Shown: positions 45,378 to 59,436, counted from the stretch's first letter. The stretch is DNA of 64,000 nucleotides from Azolla caroliniana (GCA_043228905.1 JBHGNT010000007.1:6200001-6264000); one strand, 5' to 3'. Notes: generated by a model from the letters alone, not told the origin. Made by a program: numbers and translations.

Positions 45378-47403
45378 GTTAGAAGATGTGCACCTAATAC
45401 TCTCCAGAGAGAAATCGGCATTCAGACAAGAAGAGATATTGGTAGTCGGACATCTATGTGGGCCCTACGGCCGAAGACCGTCACCAGTCAAGATCGATGT
45501 GATTCAAGCTATGAAAGAAATATGCGAATCACAATCCAAAGTCTGTAGATTTCTTGGTGCATGTGCATTTTATCACATATGGATTTCGCACTATGCACAT
45601 ATGGCGAACCCATTCTATCACTTACTGCGGAAGGGTAAGAAGTTCAAATAGAGGCCGGAACATACCAAAGCCATGAAGAAGATCAAGAAAACACTACGGA
45701 GGGCAGAAGCACTTAAGAAGCCAAACTATGACCGACCGATCATAGTGATGGTTGATACAAGTCCAGTCGGGATCGGATGGGTCATCAACCAAGTTGACTC
45801 CCATGGTTCGCGATATCCGATCCGATTCGGAGCAAAACTTCTGAACGAAAGGCAACGCGGATATGCACAAGTTAAAAGAGAATTATGGGGAGTCGTGTTG
45901 GCGATAAAATCAGATCGAGATTATTTGATCAGAGCCAAAGTAGTGATCGAAACAGATTGTCTTCCGATACTTGGGATGATGCGGTGTTGTACGATACCGG
46001 ATATGCCTATGCTAAGATGGATTGCATATGTAAAATCACTTAATTCGGAGGTACGACACATCTCCGGAAAAGACAACACGGTAGCAGATATGCTGTCAAG
46101 GGCACAGTTCGGAGACGACATAGCCGAATCCGATAATTCCGAAAACTACTTTACTTCAAAGCACATATGCCGGGTGAACATAATCCGAGAATTTTGGGAA
46201 GCCAAATACGAGGAGAAAGCCTGATGATCGGGAAGGTGCTACAAGAAATCGAGGAATCATTGAACAATATGGAAAAGAGAGACGAGATCAGAAGTAAGAA
46301 GCGACAAGTTCGGAAGTTCTTCTTGAACAATGGATTAATCTGGAGCGAGCCAAAAAGACCAGATGGCATACCACTGCGGGTATTTAGAACAAAAGAGCAA
46401 CGAAATCGAATAATATCTTAATTTCACGAATCTTATTGGGCTGGACATTGGGGAACATGGGCAACATTTGCGAAGATCAAGCAAAAATATTGGTGGAAGA
46501 ATATGTACAAACATGTAGCAGAATTCACAGGAAGTTGCGAGAAATGCCAAATCTACTCCGGAGTTCGACACTGAGATGAATTACATCCGACATTCTCATC
46601 GACAATCAACTTCAAATGGATGGTCGACATTGTGGCCATGCCAACCGGGATCAGACAAAAGAAGTACTTGGTATTAGCCCGTGAAGATTTGACGAACCAA
46701 GTAGAAGGTCGGGCGCTACAAAGGAAAACATGTTCTGCAGTATGCCAATTTCTCTTGGAAGAAGTCTTCTGCATGTACGGGTGCGTAGGACAAGTGATTG
46801 CGGATCGGGGAGAACTTGACTCTGATAAAGCTCGGGAATTTTTCGCCAAAAATGGAGTATGGTTAACACTAACCATGACATACAATTCAGAACCCAACGG
46901 GAAGAGATGAGTCGGGAAGAACTACTAGTGGTTCTTATACGACAACTACAGAGAAGACCAGAAGACATAACGGAAGCAATACGCTGACAACAAGAAACGC
47001 GGTTCTGGAACAAAAGTCGATTCAACACTTTCTATGACCACGGAAGATTGAAGAAGGAGATTGGGTGATAATCTATGACAGCACTTTGGATCATCAACAC
47101 ACAACGATTCGGAAATTCGGTAAAAGGTGGTTCGGACCATATGAAGTTCGGAAATTTTTCGACAACGGAACCTACCAACTAAGTGAGTTCGATGGAATGA
47201 CACTACGGGCGCCTATAGCGGGGAAACGGGTGAAGATTTTCAAGAAGTGAACTGAGGATGAACCCTATGTGACCTTAGACAAGACCGTCAGCGAGGAGCA
47301 ATTGGACAAAGATCACGGTGGTGTGGAAAGCGAAGAAAGTGGGTTAGAATTGATAATCGACATAAGGGGGGAATTCAAGAGTGCTATGGATGAAGGAGAA
47401 TAA
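45378..47403 (+). pseudogene. pol: Degenerate J-like gypsy pol (RT end, RNase H, IN with an internal deletion at about 46903)
   Basis: Colinear with 62745-64000; many stops; PPT at 47447-47458. Confidence 0.88.
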
Positions 47404-47458
47404 TAGGCATCGGAATTTCGGCACATACTAGAGGATGTGCAGGTTCGGAGGGGGCGAG

Positions 47459-47921
47459 TGTCATAGTGTAATTCACATAGTGGAAAAGGGGCTGAGTGGG
47501 GATCTCACGTTTTGAGAGGACGAAGTGCTATCGGACTGGGAACCGAACTCTCTGCCCCACCGCCGTTGTTGTTTCTGCAAGGATTTTGGGTTAAGTTGAT
47601 TGCCTCTACTATGTGAAAGCTCGTGTGCTTCCAGTAGAGGCTCCATTGCGTATTTTGTTACCCCGTACGAGATGTACAGAGAGTCAAGTGTGATGAGCGA
47701 GGGTCGAATGTTATCATGATGTTGTTGTGTATGTGTAGGGGGCATAAATGTAATTGTGAGTCTATACGTATGTGAACACATGCACACGTGTGTGCATGTG
47801 GATGGATACGAGAAGGTGTGAGTGAGTGTCCAGTATGAATGCTCGAGGGGGCTTACACCCCTATGTATCTACCCCCTCTTGTACTATTTAACCCCTTATG
47901 GGGAATGAATGAAACATATAA

Positions 47922-47967
<46 letters not shown>

Positions 47968-48388
47968 ACATAATTCTCTCTCTCTCTCTCTCCCCTTACG
48001 TTGAACCCCCTTGGGAGGGGGGTGGAGCCATTCTAGGCACCACCCCCCCACCCCTCAATGCTTGTGTTGTTCTTCATGATCTCTCACCATCATCATCACA
48101 CATACATTATCAATCTACCATGCTTGTTAACCCTATTCTTATCTTTATCATTATCATCATTAACCCTAACCCTAAAACCTACAACATATTTCAGTGCGTG
48201 TGTTTGTTTGGGTGGAGTCTGTCACTGGCTTGCCGGTTGTAACATTGCAAGCTCTGTAATCTATACTGATTTGGAATTGATTCTCTCGTTTCTGTCTCTC
48301 TATGTTTTCTGTGAACCTCTCTCCTCCTCGGTTCAAGGCCCCTGCGGTCCCGCCTTATTTCATACGCGAAAGCGTAACAACACGAAAA
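47459..48388 (+). repeat. Old or composite gypsy LTR sequence
   Basis: Starts TGTCATAGTGTA after the PPT, continues with B/L-like LTR motifs and (CT)n, and has a U5-like end. Confidence 0.5.
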
Positions 48389-48578
48389 TGGCATACCATG
48401 TTGCAATGCATCATTAAACATATCGCTTATCCATACATGTGTTTCCTTTCCCGTCCATTTGAGCATTTACGCCTTTATACATTGAAGATCGCTTGCCTTT
48501 CGAGAGGCCAATTTCTTAAGTCCTATGCATATATCTTCAATTGTAAAGAAGGGATGCATATGTGAAAGAGAACCATAA

Positions 48579-51500
48579 TGACAGGAACTAGACGCTCCCG
48601 ATCCACAACGCTCGGCCACAACCGAGTCTAAAATCAAACACAGAAAACGGGTAATGAAACGCACGACACAAAGGAGAGAAGAGTACACGGGATGTTTAAC
48701 GTGGAAAACCCTGAGAGGGAAAAACCACGGGAGTCCACAGGCTCCAAACTATCACTATATCACAATGATTACAATAGTGAGCTCACGGAGGCAACGACCT
48801 CGTGCTCACGATCTTCGCCACAGACGGCGGTTACAACAGAGGCAACAACCTCTCTCTCTCTCTCTGTACACTGTTACGCGCTCTCTAGTCTTGCACCAAC
48901 AAGAAATGACAACATCTCATCTTCTCTATTTGCCCTAAGTCATATTTATAGTAATATGACTTTTCGGCTATTTACAAATATAGCCCCGATGGACTCTTAG
49001 AAACATATTTACAAATATGTCCCTTCATCCGGTGAGCACTTCTCACCGGGCCTTCACCATCCAACTCTTGTCGGGTACTCCTCATCCGGTTCTCACCGGT
49101 TCTTCCGTAGCCGGGTACTTGTCATCTGGCGCTTGCCTAATACACCACATCTGGTTCTCACCGGGTCTTCCGTTGCGGGGTACTTGTCATCCGGTTCTCA
49201 CCGGGTCTTCCGTAGCGGGGTACTCGTCATCCGGCGCTTGCCGGGTACACCACATCCGGTTCTCAGCGGGTCTTCCGTTGCAGGGTACTCCACATCCGGT
49301 TTCGGCCTTTCGTCCTCGGGCTTTGCTTACCGGATAACCTGCAGTTTGCCGGGAGTGTCGATCCAACCGGTTTTGCTTCTAACATGTTGAACCGTTGAAG
49401 CACCTTTGTCACGTATTTCTCCTGTGACAGCCACAACTGCTTCGTTGGACGGTTCAAGATGATATGCATCCCCAACATCTGTCTTGTCGGACCCAAGTCT
49501 TTCATTCCAAAGGTTCGATTGAGAGCCTTCTTCAGCATTCGTATTTTGGCTTGGTCTCATCCGACGATCAACATGTCGTCCACGTACAGGAAGTCGCCTC
49601 CTTCGAACTTCTTCACAAACACGCAATGATCGGCCTGCGTCTTGTGGTATCCTTGATCGGTCATGAAGGAGTCGAACTTCCGGTACCATTGTCGGGGAGC
49701 CTGCTTCAGTTCGTACAGGCTCTTCTTCAATCGGCATACCAGGTGCTCCTTCCCTTTCTCCACAAATCCTTCCGGTTGCTGCATGTAGATCTCCTCTTCA
49801 AGGTCACCGTGAAGGAATGCCGTCTTCATGTCCAATTGCTCTACCTCGAGGTCCATGCTTGCCGCTATACTCAGCACCGTCCGAATATAGGTCATCTTTA
49901 CTACCGGGGAAAATATCTCGTCGAAGTCCACACCCTTCTTTTGTTGGAAACCCTTCACCACGATCCTGGCTTTGTATCTCGGGGGGTTGCCGGCATCTCC
50001 CGGTTTCAACTTGTACACCCACTTGTTTCGGAGTGCCCGCTTCCCTTTCGACAACTCCACCAATTCGTACGTATGGTTCTCATGCAGGGAATCCATATCA
50101 TCCTGCATGGCACATAACCATTTGCGGTTGTGGGTGTCGTCCTTCGCTTCTTCGAAGCTTTCCGGCTCTCCCTCATCGGTCAGCAGCACATGCTCTGCAT
50201 CCGGAAATCTCCGGGGGGGCCTTCTCTCTCTTAGAGGATATCTCTGTCTTTGGCTTTCGGCAACCGGCTCCTCTATTTGATCTTCATCCGAATCCGATTC
50301 GAGGTATTGGCCGGTTCCGGTTCCAGCTTCCTCTACTTCTTCTTCTGCCGGTTCGGTATCCTCACCGTAACCGACTGGTTCCTCGAGTGCTAAGTGGTCT
50401 CTTGCCGGTTGGGTCTGCTCATCGTAGAATTGATCCTTACCGGTCGACTCGGAGTTCATTACCTTCTTCTCCGACTCCCAGTCGGTGAGCGTCTTGTCCT
50501 CCATGAAGATAATATCTCGACTCCGGAATACCTTCTTGTCGACCGGGTCCCACACTTTGTAGCCGAACTCATCGTCACCGTAACCGAGGAATATGCATGG
50601 CCGGGTCTTTGGATCTAACTTTCCTCTCCGGTCCTTAGCTACATGCACATACGTGAGACACCCGAACACCTTCAGATGCCGGTAGGACACTTCCTTATCG
50701 GTCCACACCATCTGCGGCATGTCTCCGTCCAAGGGTACTGAGGGTGATCTGTTTATCATATACGTCGTTGTCGACAGCGCCTTAGCCCAAAACGTCTTGG
50801 GTAATTTTGCATGCGCCAACATACTCCGGACCCTCTCCAATATGGTCTGGTTCATCCTCTCGGCCAGCCCGTTTAGTTCCGGCGTCTTCGGCACGGTAAA
50901 TTCGAGCCGGATTCCCTTCCAGCGGCAGTACTCCTCAAACTGCCCCCGGTATTCTCCTCCGTTATCTGCTCGAACCAACTTCAGCTTCCGGCCGGTTTCT
51001 CTTTCCACTCTCGTGTGGAGCTCTTTGAAGACGGATAGCACCTGATCCTTCGTCTTCAACGGTGAGGTTGTCGTCTGCAAGCCTCTTCATCCCCTTCTCA
51101 CTCATGTGACACAACCTTTTGTGCCACAGCTCACCGGCGGTGTCGGATGCCACGTTCACTTCCTCCGGACATAACCGGGCATTCATCAAGTACAACGTGT
51201 TTAACATCTAGGCCTGAGCCACAATCAGGCTTCCTTTGCTGAACTTCACAACACCGTTCCGGATGCTACCCGTGTAGCCTTCATCATCTAGCCGACCGAC
51301 TGATATCAGGTTCAGACGAACCTCCGAAACGTGTCGGACATCCTTCAATAGCATCTTGCATCCGGTTGGAGTTGTCAACCACACGTCTCTTATGCCGACA
51401 ATTCGGCATGTACCTTCATTCCCCATCTGGACACAGCCGTGATCACCGGCTGAGTACGATGAGAAGCATTTCCGGTCAGGGGTAAGGTGGAACAACGCTC

Positions 51501-51948
51501 CGGGGTCGACCACCCAGGTCATCTCGTCGCCGGCAAGGTTTATCTCACTCTCCTTAGTGATGAGCATCAACTCTTCTTCGCTTACCGCGATTGTCGTCGT
51601 TCCCTTTCGGTTCGTTCCCCTCCAGTCCGGTGTCTGCTTCGAATCGGTACCGTCAATTTCCTTGTCTTTCCGGAAATGCCAACAGTTCTTCTGGAAGTGT
51701 CCCGGCTTGCCGCAATAGAAGCAAGTAGGGCTCCCTCTTGACTTTGACCGTGTCCCCTACTTTTCCCGGTTCTGGGGGCTACGGTTCCTTTGTCTTCCGC
51801 GTTCCGATTCAGTAAGGAGCGCTTTGGAGTCGGAGCTCGTATCCTTATCTTTTCGATGCGCCTCCTCATCTAGCAAGCTCGACTTCACTCTTGCTAGGGA
51901 TAACCGTTTCCCTTCCGGCCCGGCGTTGCCCAAAGTGACAACCAACGT
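48579..51948 (-). mobile_element. Copia F (A-like): 3' LTR 48579 to about 49300 fused to RT by deletion; gag interrupted by gypsy L
   Basis: A-like LTR motifs; RT, IN and PR remnants; deletions at about 49302 and 51062. Confidence 0.88.
49303..51948 (-). pseudogene. gag-pol: Copia F gag-pol remnant
   Basis: YVDDML, DMKTAFLHG, NGLAERMN and WVVDPGA; RNase H missing. Confidence 0.88.
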
Positions 51949-52546
51949 TGTCGTGAAGAAAACCGTCCCCAGGCGCAAACCATGTATGGTGTGTGTGGAC
52001 TGGCCCTTACAAGTGGGCACGCCCCTTGTTGTATAGTGGATAGGTAGGCACAAAGGTCAAATCCTAGGTAGCAATATTCTATAGGGGAAATCGAGGAGTA
52101 TCTCTGTCCGAAAGGACAGAGAATTAATGTGATGTAAACGGGTGAAACGGCCTCCCTCCTTGAGCTATAAAAGAGAGGGAGACGGGGGAGAGAAGGTATC
52201 GCGCGCTAGAAGGGACGAAGTGCTGTCGGACTGGGACCGAGCTCTTCTTCTCTGTCGTTCTCCATAGCTTTCTTTTGGGAAGGTTCTCAGGAGGCTGATC
52301 CTGCTCCGTGGAACGCCCGTGTGCTTCCGGCAGAATCTCCATCTTGATCTCCAGTGTGCGTGGGTGATCAGGCGCCAGCATCCATCTTGCCGACCTGATC
52401 GGTTGTAACCGTTCGAGTCGTTTGCATACATACAAATACATACACATATTTATATACATACGCTAGCGTTCTCAACTCGTGTCTCCTGTGTTGTTGGGCC
52501 GCGTTCCCGTGCGCTTCTTTGTCTATACGTGTGTGAGCGTCTCTCG

Positions 52547-52580
<34 letters not shown>

Positions 52581-52696
52581 TCTCACCTATTCCTCGGTCC
52601 AAGACCCCATTGGTCCCGCCTTGTTCTCCACACACTCGCGTACCAACGCGACATATTTGGTGAACCCGAAGTGAAGAGGCGGCAGAGGAGTAGAAG

Positions 52697-54823
52697 ATGA
52701 GGGGGTCGGACCTTGCAGAAGCCATGGCTTCGGCTGTGGACCGTATAGTGAGTGCGCGCGAAGGTACCGACGCCCTTCATAGGGCTATCGAGGCGGTTGT
52801 CGGTACGATCGGCCGGTTTAGTGGGAAGGATGCCACGAGCTACCTGGCGTCCTACTGGGCTGAGATGGTAATGAGGGACATTCCGGAAGAGAGGCGTCTA
52901 GCCGGATTCCCTCGAGTGGCGATGCCAGGTATCCATACGGAGGTGCTCGAGGTACGGGTCGAGAGCCGGACCTGGGAGGAGTTCGAAGGTCGGCTCCTCG
53001 AAAAATATGGGCTTGAAGATGCGCTTCGACTTTTGAAGCGGGACTTCATGGAGTGGGTGGAGACCCCCGACAAAGGAAGGAACACGTCGGTGCTCCTCCG
53101 GGAGTTTGAGGAACACTTCACGCGCCTCTCGGTGCTTGACCGGACCGTTCTGGACACAAGCCGTGTCCTATTATTTGTTAAGTCAGTTGATGAGCGGGAT
53201 CGGGAGCAGGTAGGCCTCCTATTGGAGACTGATGACGGGTTGACGGCCGACTGGGCCGTGGTGAAAAGGGTCTGTGGCCGTTTCGACAAATGACGGGAAT
53301 AGGTTGACAAAGGATCGATAGGGGTGGGCTCTGTCACAGCGAGGAAGCTCGAGCCAACGCCACCAACACTAAGGGAAGAGACCTGAGATTGGCTCGAGAC
53401 CAGATCGGCTTCGACCGGCATGATCAAGGGCTCGTCCGGGAGAGCAGCTCTAGAGGAACTGACGCGGATAGTAAAGGATCTCCAGATCGCCCAGGCACGG
53501 AGGGACGGTAGTGAACAGGGACATGACCAACGACCTCTGGCTGGAAACAGGTGCATGTGGTGTCACGCGGCTGGCCACATCCGGAAGGACTGCGGGGACT
53601 TCGCTGAGGCGATGAGAAGCAACGTGGTGTACCTGTGGAACGGTCGGGTGCACGCCAGCGAAACCCGAAGGCCCCTAGACCTGAATGTCGGGCGAGGGGG
53701 TATGAAAAGGTTGATGGAGGAGGCGGCGGCTCGTCACGCGGAGACCGTCCACTACTCGGCGTCAGCTGGTATTCGGGTCGGAGGTGGTGAGGCCCCGAAG
53801 ACGAGCAAAGCCGGGTTCTGGCCGACGATGCTAGAAGGCCTCGTCGGCGCACGACTAAGGAAAGAAGAGGCGGACCGCGCGGAAAAACGGGTCCGGGAGG
53901 TGACCCGGTGGAGTGACCCGGTGGAAGAAAAGACGGGCTTCGTCGAAGCCGCTTGTCAAAACTATGAGGCTCTGGTGGAGGACAAGCGGGTAGGGAGACC
54001 CAGAGGGGCTGGGCCCTCACAACGACATGAAACTCGATTCGGGCAAAGACGAAATGAGGCCGGTGTAACCGGCGCCCAGGATAATCCCAAGAGGGGCGGG
54101 TACCGGCTGGGCACAGAAATCGAAAGATCCACGAACCTGTGAAAGGTCCTGGAAGAACGAATCCTCGACAACAAGGTGGAACTGTCGCTGAGGGAAGTGC
54201 TCGGGATCGCCAAGAAGGAGTTCCACGAATCCATCGTAGAGTTGGTGAAGAGGAAGAGGCTGTCGACGGAGACAGAACCGGAGAAGCCGGTGGAGGTGCG
54301 GACGACGCACATAGAGGACATGGCGCTGGAAGACGAGTTGGCGGAGAGCCACTATTCGCGGCCACACTGGGCCAGAGCGACCACGGAGACCCCCGTGAAG
54401 ATCGGAGATGTTCATGAGCCGGTGGTGGCGTTGGTGGACCACGGTTCAAAAATCAATTTGATGTCCATGGACTTCTATAAGAAAGGGAAATGGCCGATCA
54501 ACACCAAGCACGGGTGGAAAATACGGGCAGCGACGTGTGCCACCGAAGAACTGCATGGAGCCTGCCCGAATGTACGAGTAAAGATCGGCGATGTCGAGAT
54601 TGACCAGCACTTCTTCGTGCAGGAGACGTCCTCACATCCGATTATACTAGGAGAACCGTACATCACGGCAGCACGGATGGAGACCAAGGTGCTGGACAAC
54701 GGCTCGGCCTATGCAAGGGTCATGAGCTAGGATGGGCGTCACTCGGTCCAGTTCCTGACGGTGAGACTAAACCATGAGCAGAACCGCAAGACCCTCGGGG
54801 GCGAAAGCCGAGAGGATTTTTAG
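52697..54823 (+). pseudogene. gag: L gag-protease with stops
   Basis: CMWCHAAGHIRKDC and LVDHGSKIN; ends G GAT TTT TAG. Confidence 0.88.
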
Positions 54824-57800
54824 AGAGGGCTATCAAGGCGTGGGGCAGCGATAGTCCGGACACTCCGGGAAAACCCCACAAGTGTACGATAGCAAAGAAG
54901 ACCTGTACTATAAGTAGGAAATTTTGGTTCTCCAACAACGGAGGGTGTACGATAGTCAACGTTGTTGGCAAGAAGAAGAAAAGGGCGGAGGAGCAACTTC
55001 GGGCATGTGGTATCCTCGGCCTTGGAGAGGAAACCAACGGAGCCGTGGAGGCGGTCTCTTTCGTTGATATCTGGGGGGAGCTGCGAGAGGTAGTCGGAGG
55101 AGTCCTTAAAGAGGACCGGACGATTCCAGTATGATCGGAAAGGATGTACGAAGTCATTGCGGACTTCAGTAGAGGGCTCGAGTCGGATCGGACGGCCCGG
55201 GTGGACACAAGGTACAAGACTGTGGACCGGAAGGTAAGGCCAGTCGCGGCTCCCTTGCCGGAGGGCAGCGAGTTGCGAATAAAGGGGGTTGCGTCGGACC
55301 CGAGTTTACGAAATCCGGCCCGCATAGGACACATGTTCACCGACATAACGTTGCGCGAGCTCAAAATCGGTGGGGGCGGCTTCTTACTGCTGGCGGAAGT
55401 GGACCGTTTTCGGGGAATGCTCGGAAGGCACGGGAAGGCTTTCGCATTCTCACCGGAGGAGATCAGGTGCGTAGACCCGACAGTCGTGGAACCGATGGTG
55501 ATATTCACGGTACCGTATGTGCCGTGGAGTCTCAAACCGATTCCAGTACCCAGAGCTCACATCCCGAAGCTGATGGAGCTGTTAAAGCAGAAGGTCAAGA
55601 TGGGAATCCTCGAACCGTTGAGTGCCCCATACTCGAATCGGTGGTTTGCCGTGCCGAAGAAGGACGGCACGCTGCGCTTTATTCAAGACCTGCAGCCGGT
55701 CAACAAGGTGACCATTTGAAACGCAGGAATCGGACCGACAATAGACGAGTTCGCGGAGGCCTTCACCAAAAGGTTGATTTACTCGGTTGGTGATCTCTAC
55801 TCGGGGTACGATCAGTTCCAGCTACCCATAGAGAGCAGAGACATCACCACAATGCGAACTCCTCTCGGCCTAGTACGGATGTGTACCCTACCACAAGGAG
55901 GGACGAACTCGGTGGCTCACATGGTGAACGCAATGAACAAGGTGCTGAGGGATTGTATCCCGGACATCACCATGCCGTTTCTGGACGACGTCCCGATCAA
56001 GGGATGCCCGGTGGAGGAAAGGGACGAGACGATCGGACCGGACGGGTGCCGGAAATTCGTGGCGACGCACATCGATGACTGTGAGAAGGTGCTGCAGAGG
56101 TTGGAGGGCGCGAGGCTCACCTTCTCCGGGGGAAAATCGGCCTTCGGGCAATCAGAGATCATGGTCATCGGACACCTATGCGGGTCGTACGACTGAAAAC
56201 CGTCTCCGGCTAAGGTAGAAGCCATCTCCGCGATGAAGGACGACTGTAGCTCGGTCACGGAGGTTCGGAGGTTCTTGGGAGCATGCAGGTTCTACCACAT
56301 TTGGATCCCACATTACGCTCACGTCGCGGAGCCGTTATACGGGTTGCTTAAAAAGGGGTGAAATTTCGAGTGGAGAGACGAGCATACGGAGTCTGTCCGA
56401 AAGATGAAGGAAGCACTTGCCGCAGCTCCGGCGCTCCGAAAGGCTGTCTACGAAAAGGACACTCCAATTTACGTAACGAAAGACACGAGTCCGACCGGGA
56501 TCAAATGGGTCGTCAACCAAGAGGACGAGGACAGCATGCGTTTCCCGATCCGGTTCGGCGCGAAGGTCCTCAACGAGCGACAGCGAGGATACGCCCATTT
56601 TAAACGCGAGCTCTGGGGTATCGTTTCAGCGGTAAAGGCCGATAAAGACTACCTGATCGGGGCAGAGGTAATTATCGAGACGGACTGCCTGCCAATTCTT
56701 GGCATGGTTTCCGGATGCGCGACGCCGGACCTAGCAATGCTCAGGTGGATAGCGTACATCAAGTCCCTGAATCCGGAAATACGACACATTTCTGGGAAAG
56801 AAAATGCCATGGCCGACATGCTTTCAAGGGAGAGGTTCGAAAACGAGGGCGACATGGTTTCGGAGGACGAGGAAGTCGGTGTGGACTTCTTCAAGGCGGC
56901 TCACGTAACAACCGGCAGGGAATGCACTCCAACGCTTAATGATTTTGACGAGAGCAAGTACGATGGGGAGTGACTGCAGATCGGCGGGTTCCTGAAAACA
57001 ATGACACCGGACGCGGCATGGACAACGGACAAGGCCAACCGGATTCGGAAGAAAGCCTACCGATTCTTTCTTCGGGACGGGTACATATGGAAGCACCCGA
57101 AGAAGAGGAACGGCATCCCGCTCCGAGTGGTGGCGAAGAAGGAGGAACATGAGGATTTGCTGGCAGCGTACCATGATAGTCCTTGGGCTAGACACTGTGG
57201 AACGTGGGCCACGTTCGAAAAGCTAAAGGGGAAGTACTGGTGGCCGGGACTATACCGGGACGTGCATTGGTTCGTGACGACTTGCGAAAGCTGCCAGGTC
57301 CACTCCATGATCCGACACCGGGACGAGCTCCACCCAACCTACCCTCCGACCGTCCACTTTAAATGGATGGTGGATTTGGTGACGATGCCAATGGGGGCAG
57401 GACAGATGCAGTATCTAGTGTTGGCCCGGGAGGATCTAACAAACCAGGTTGAAGGCCGAGCCCTGTAGAACAAGACGACTGCAGCCGTATGCTAGTTTTT
57501 GATTGAGGACGTGGTATGCCGATACGGGTGCGTAGGGAAGATCGTGGCTGACCGTGGTGAGTTGGACGCAGAACAGGCCGAAGAGTTGTTCGACCGGCTA
57601 GGAGTCAAACTTTCGCTCACCACAACATACAATCCGGAGGCGAACGGGAAGGTGGAGCGCGAACACGGGCCAATTGTCAAAGCGCTAGTACGGGCGTACG
57701 GAGGCCAAGCCGGGAACTGGCCACGGTTGCTACCTTATGCCTTGTGGGCGGACCGGACTACGCACAGTTCGGTAACTGGGTTCATGCCGGCTGAGCTTAT

Positions 57801-58308
57801 GTTCGAACAGAAGCCGATCATGCCAACAGAGCGAACGTTCTCCTCGTGGGCCATGGTGGACTGGAGGGATGAGATGAGCCGGGAGAAACTGTTGGCGGCG
57901 TGGATTCGACAGCTCGAGTGGAGGCCGGAGGACGTAGGGCGTGCCACGGAGAAACTTCGGGTAGCGAGGATAAGGAACAAAGCCTAGTTCGACCGAACAC
58001 ACCGGCCCCGGCCAAGGAAGATCGAGGAAGGCGATTGGGTGCTAGTCTACGACAGCAGCCTCGACAATCAGCATAGGGCCACGCGGAAGTTTGCGAGGAG
58101 GTGGTTCGGCCCTTACGTAGTAACAGGCGCCAACGGCAATGGGACGTACCATCTCGCGGAGCTCGACGGTACGAGAATGGCGATACCGGTAGCGGGGAAG
58201 AGGATCAAAGCGTTCAAGAAACGACACGACGGTGAGCCGGAGCTAGTGAGCATGGACAGCAACGACGAGCAGCCCGAGGCGGAGGATGAACTAGTAAACG
58301 AGGAATAA
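54814..58308 (+). pseudogene. pol: L pol (RT-RH-IN) with many nonsense changes
   Basis: Colinear with B pol. Confidence 0.9.
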
Positions 58309-58770
58309 AAGCAAGGATCTGTTTTCTCCCGTAGGAACCCAATTTTGGCGCATACCAGTGGATGCGCGGTTAGGTGGGGGCGAATGTCGTGAAGAAAACC
58401 GTCCCCAGGCGCAAACCGTGTATGGTGTGTAAACCGGCCCTTACACGTGGGCACGCCCCTTGTTGTATAGTGGATAGGTAGGCACAAAGGTCAAATCCTA
58501 GGTAGCAATATTCTATAGGGGAAATCGAGGAGTATCTCTGTCCAAAAGGACAGAGAATTAATGTGATGTAAACGGGTGAAACGGCCTCCCTCCTTGAGCT
58601 ATAAAAGAGAGGGAGATGGGGGAGAGAAGGTATCGCGCTGTCGTAGTGTAGGTTGCACACTATGTGGAAATTATATTTTTGTCCCTCCGGATAGAGAATG
58701 GAGTGCTCGGTGAGAGAAGGAAGAAAACGGCATACCGGCAAGGAAGAGCCGTATAAAGAGACATAAATGT

Positions 58771-58862
58771 AAAAAGGAAATACTCACTACTGCGCAGGGC
58801 GTGATTCGAACTCTACACCTCCACGTTGACAAACCCCAACCTTACCATTACATTAACTTATC
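58771..58862 (-). ncRNA. tRNA-derived Pol III A/B-box cassette with T5 terminator in the J LTR
   Basis: TAATGTAATGGTAAG...GGAGGTGTAGAGTTCGAATC...TTTCCTTTTT. Confidence 0.62.
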
Positions 58863-59402
58863 TCAAGTGTTTTAAATATAGATTTAATACGTATAAGACC
58901 TTTATTTATGCATACCTTTATTAAAAGGTAAATCGTGTATTTTTTTAATATATGAAAAAGAAAAAAAAACACGAGACACTAAAAATAACTCATGCACATC
59001 TAGCGTGCATGAGCCCTATACTTGGGAAATAAAAAAGCATCACATGCACATTTAGTGGACATGAACACTTTTGTAAAGAAAAAAGCATGAAGCCATGTTT
59101 AGCTCTTCCTTCCTTATATAAGGAGGAGAGAAATATGTAAAGGGTTGTTGATTATTTGGATTAAGTATTAATCAATACAAAAATTATTCGTGGGATTCAC
59201 GATTTATACATCTACTTCTCTCTTAACACCCTAAGTACCAATTAATATAGTATACTCGTGTGATTCACGAGTTTCTTATCTTTCTCTTTGCTATTTACTC
59301 ATAATTAATCTCTATCTCACGAACTTCTTTCTCCTAGTCCAAGACCTCTGTGGTTCCCACCCGACTCACGCAACGATCCGGAGCCGAAAGGCACGACACA
59401 GT

Positions 59403-59420
59403 TGGTGAACCCGACGTGAA
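59403..59420 (+). promoter_or_regulatory. PBS, 18-nt match to tRNA-Trp
   Basis: TGGTGAACCCGACGTGAA. Confidence 0.9.
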
Positions 59421-59436
59421 GACGGGTGGCAAGGAG

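Larger units (their letters stand above)
51949..58638 (+). mobile_element. Ty3/gypsy element L (B-like); 3' LTR interrupted by J
   Basis: 5' LTR 51949-52653, PBS 52658-52675, 3' LTR from 58385, left flank ACGT. Confidence 0.92.

Noticed and set aside
48160-48182. Interstitial telomere
   Set aside because: Only 2-3 degenerate units inside an old LTR.
58785-58862. Functional tRNA gene (GTC near the anticodon position)
   Set aside because: Acceptor, anticodon and T stems do not pair properly; only the promoter boxes are retained.
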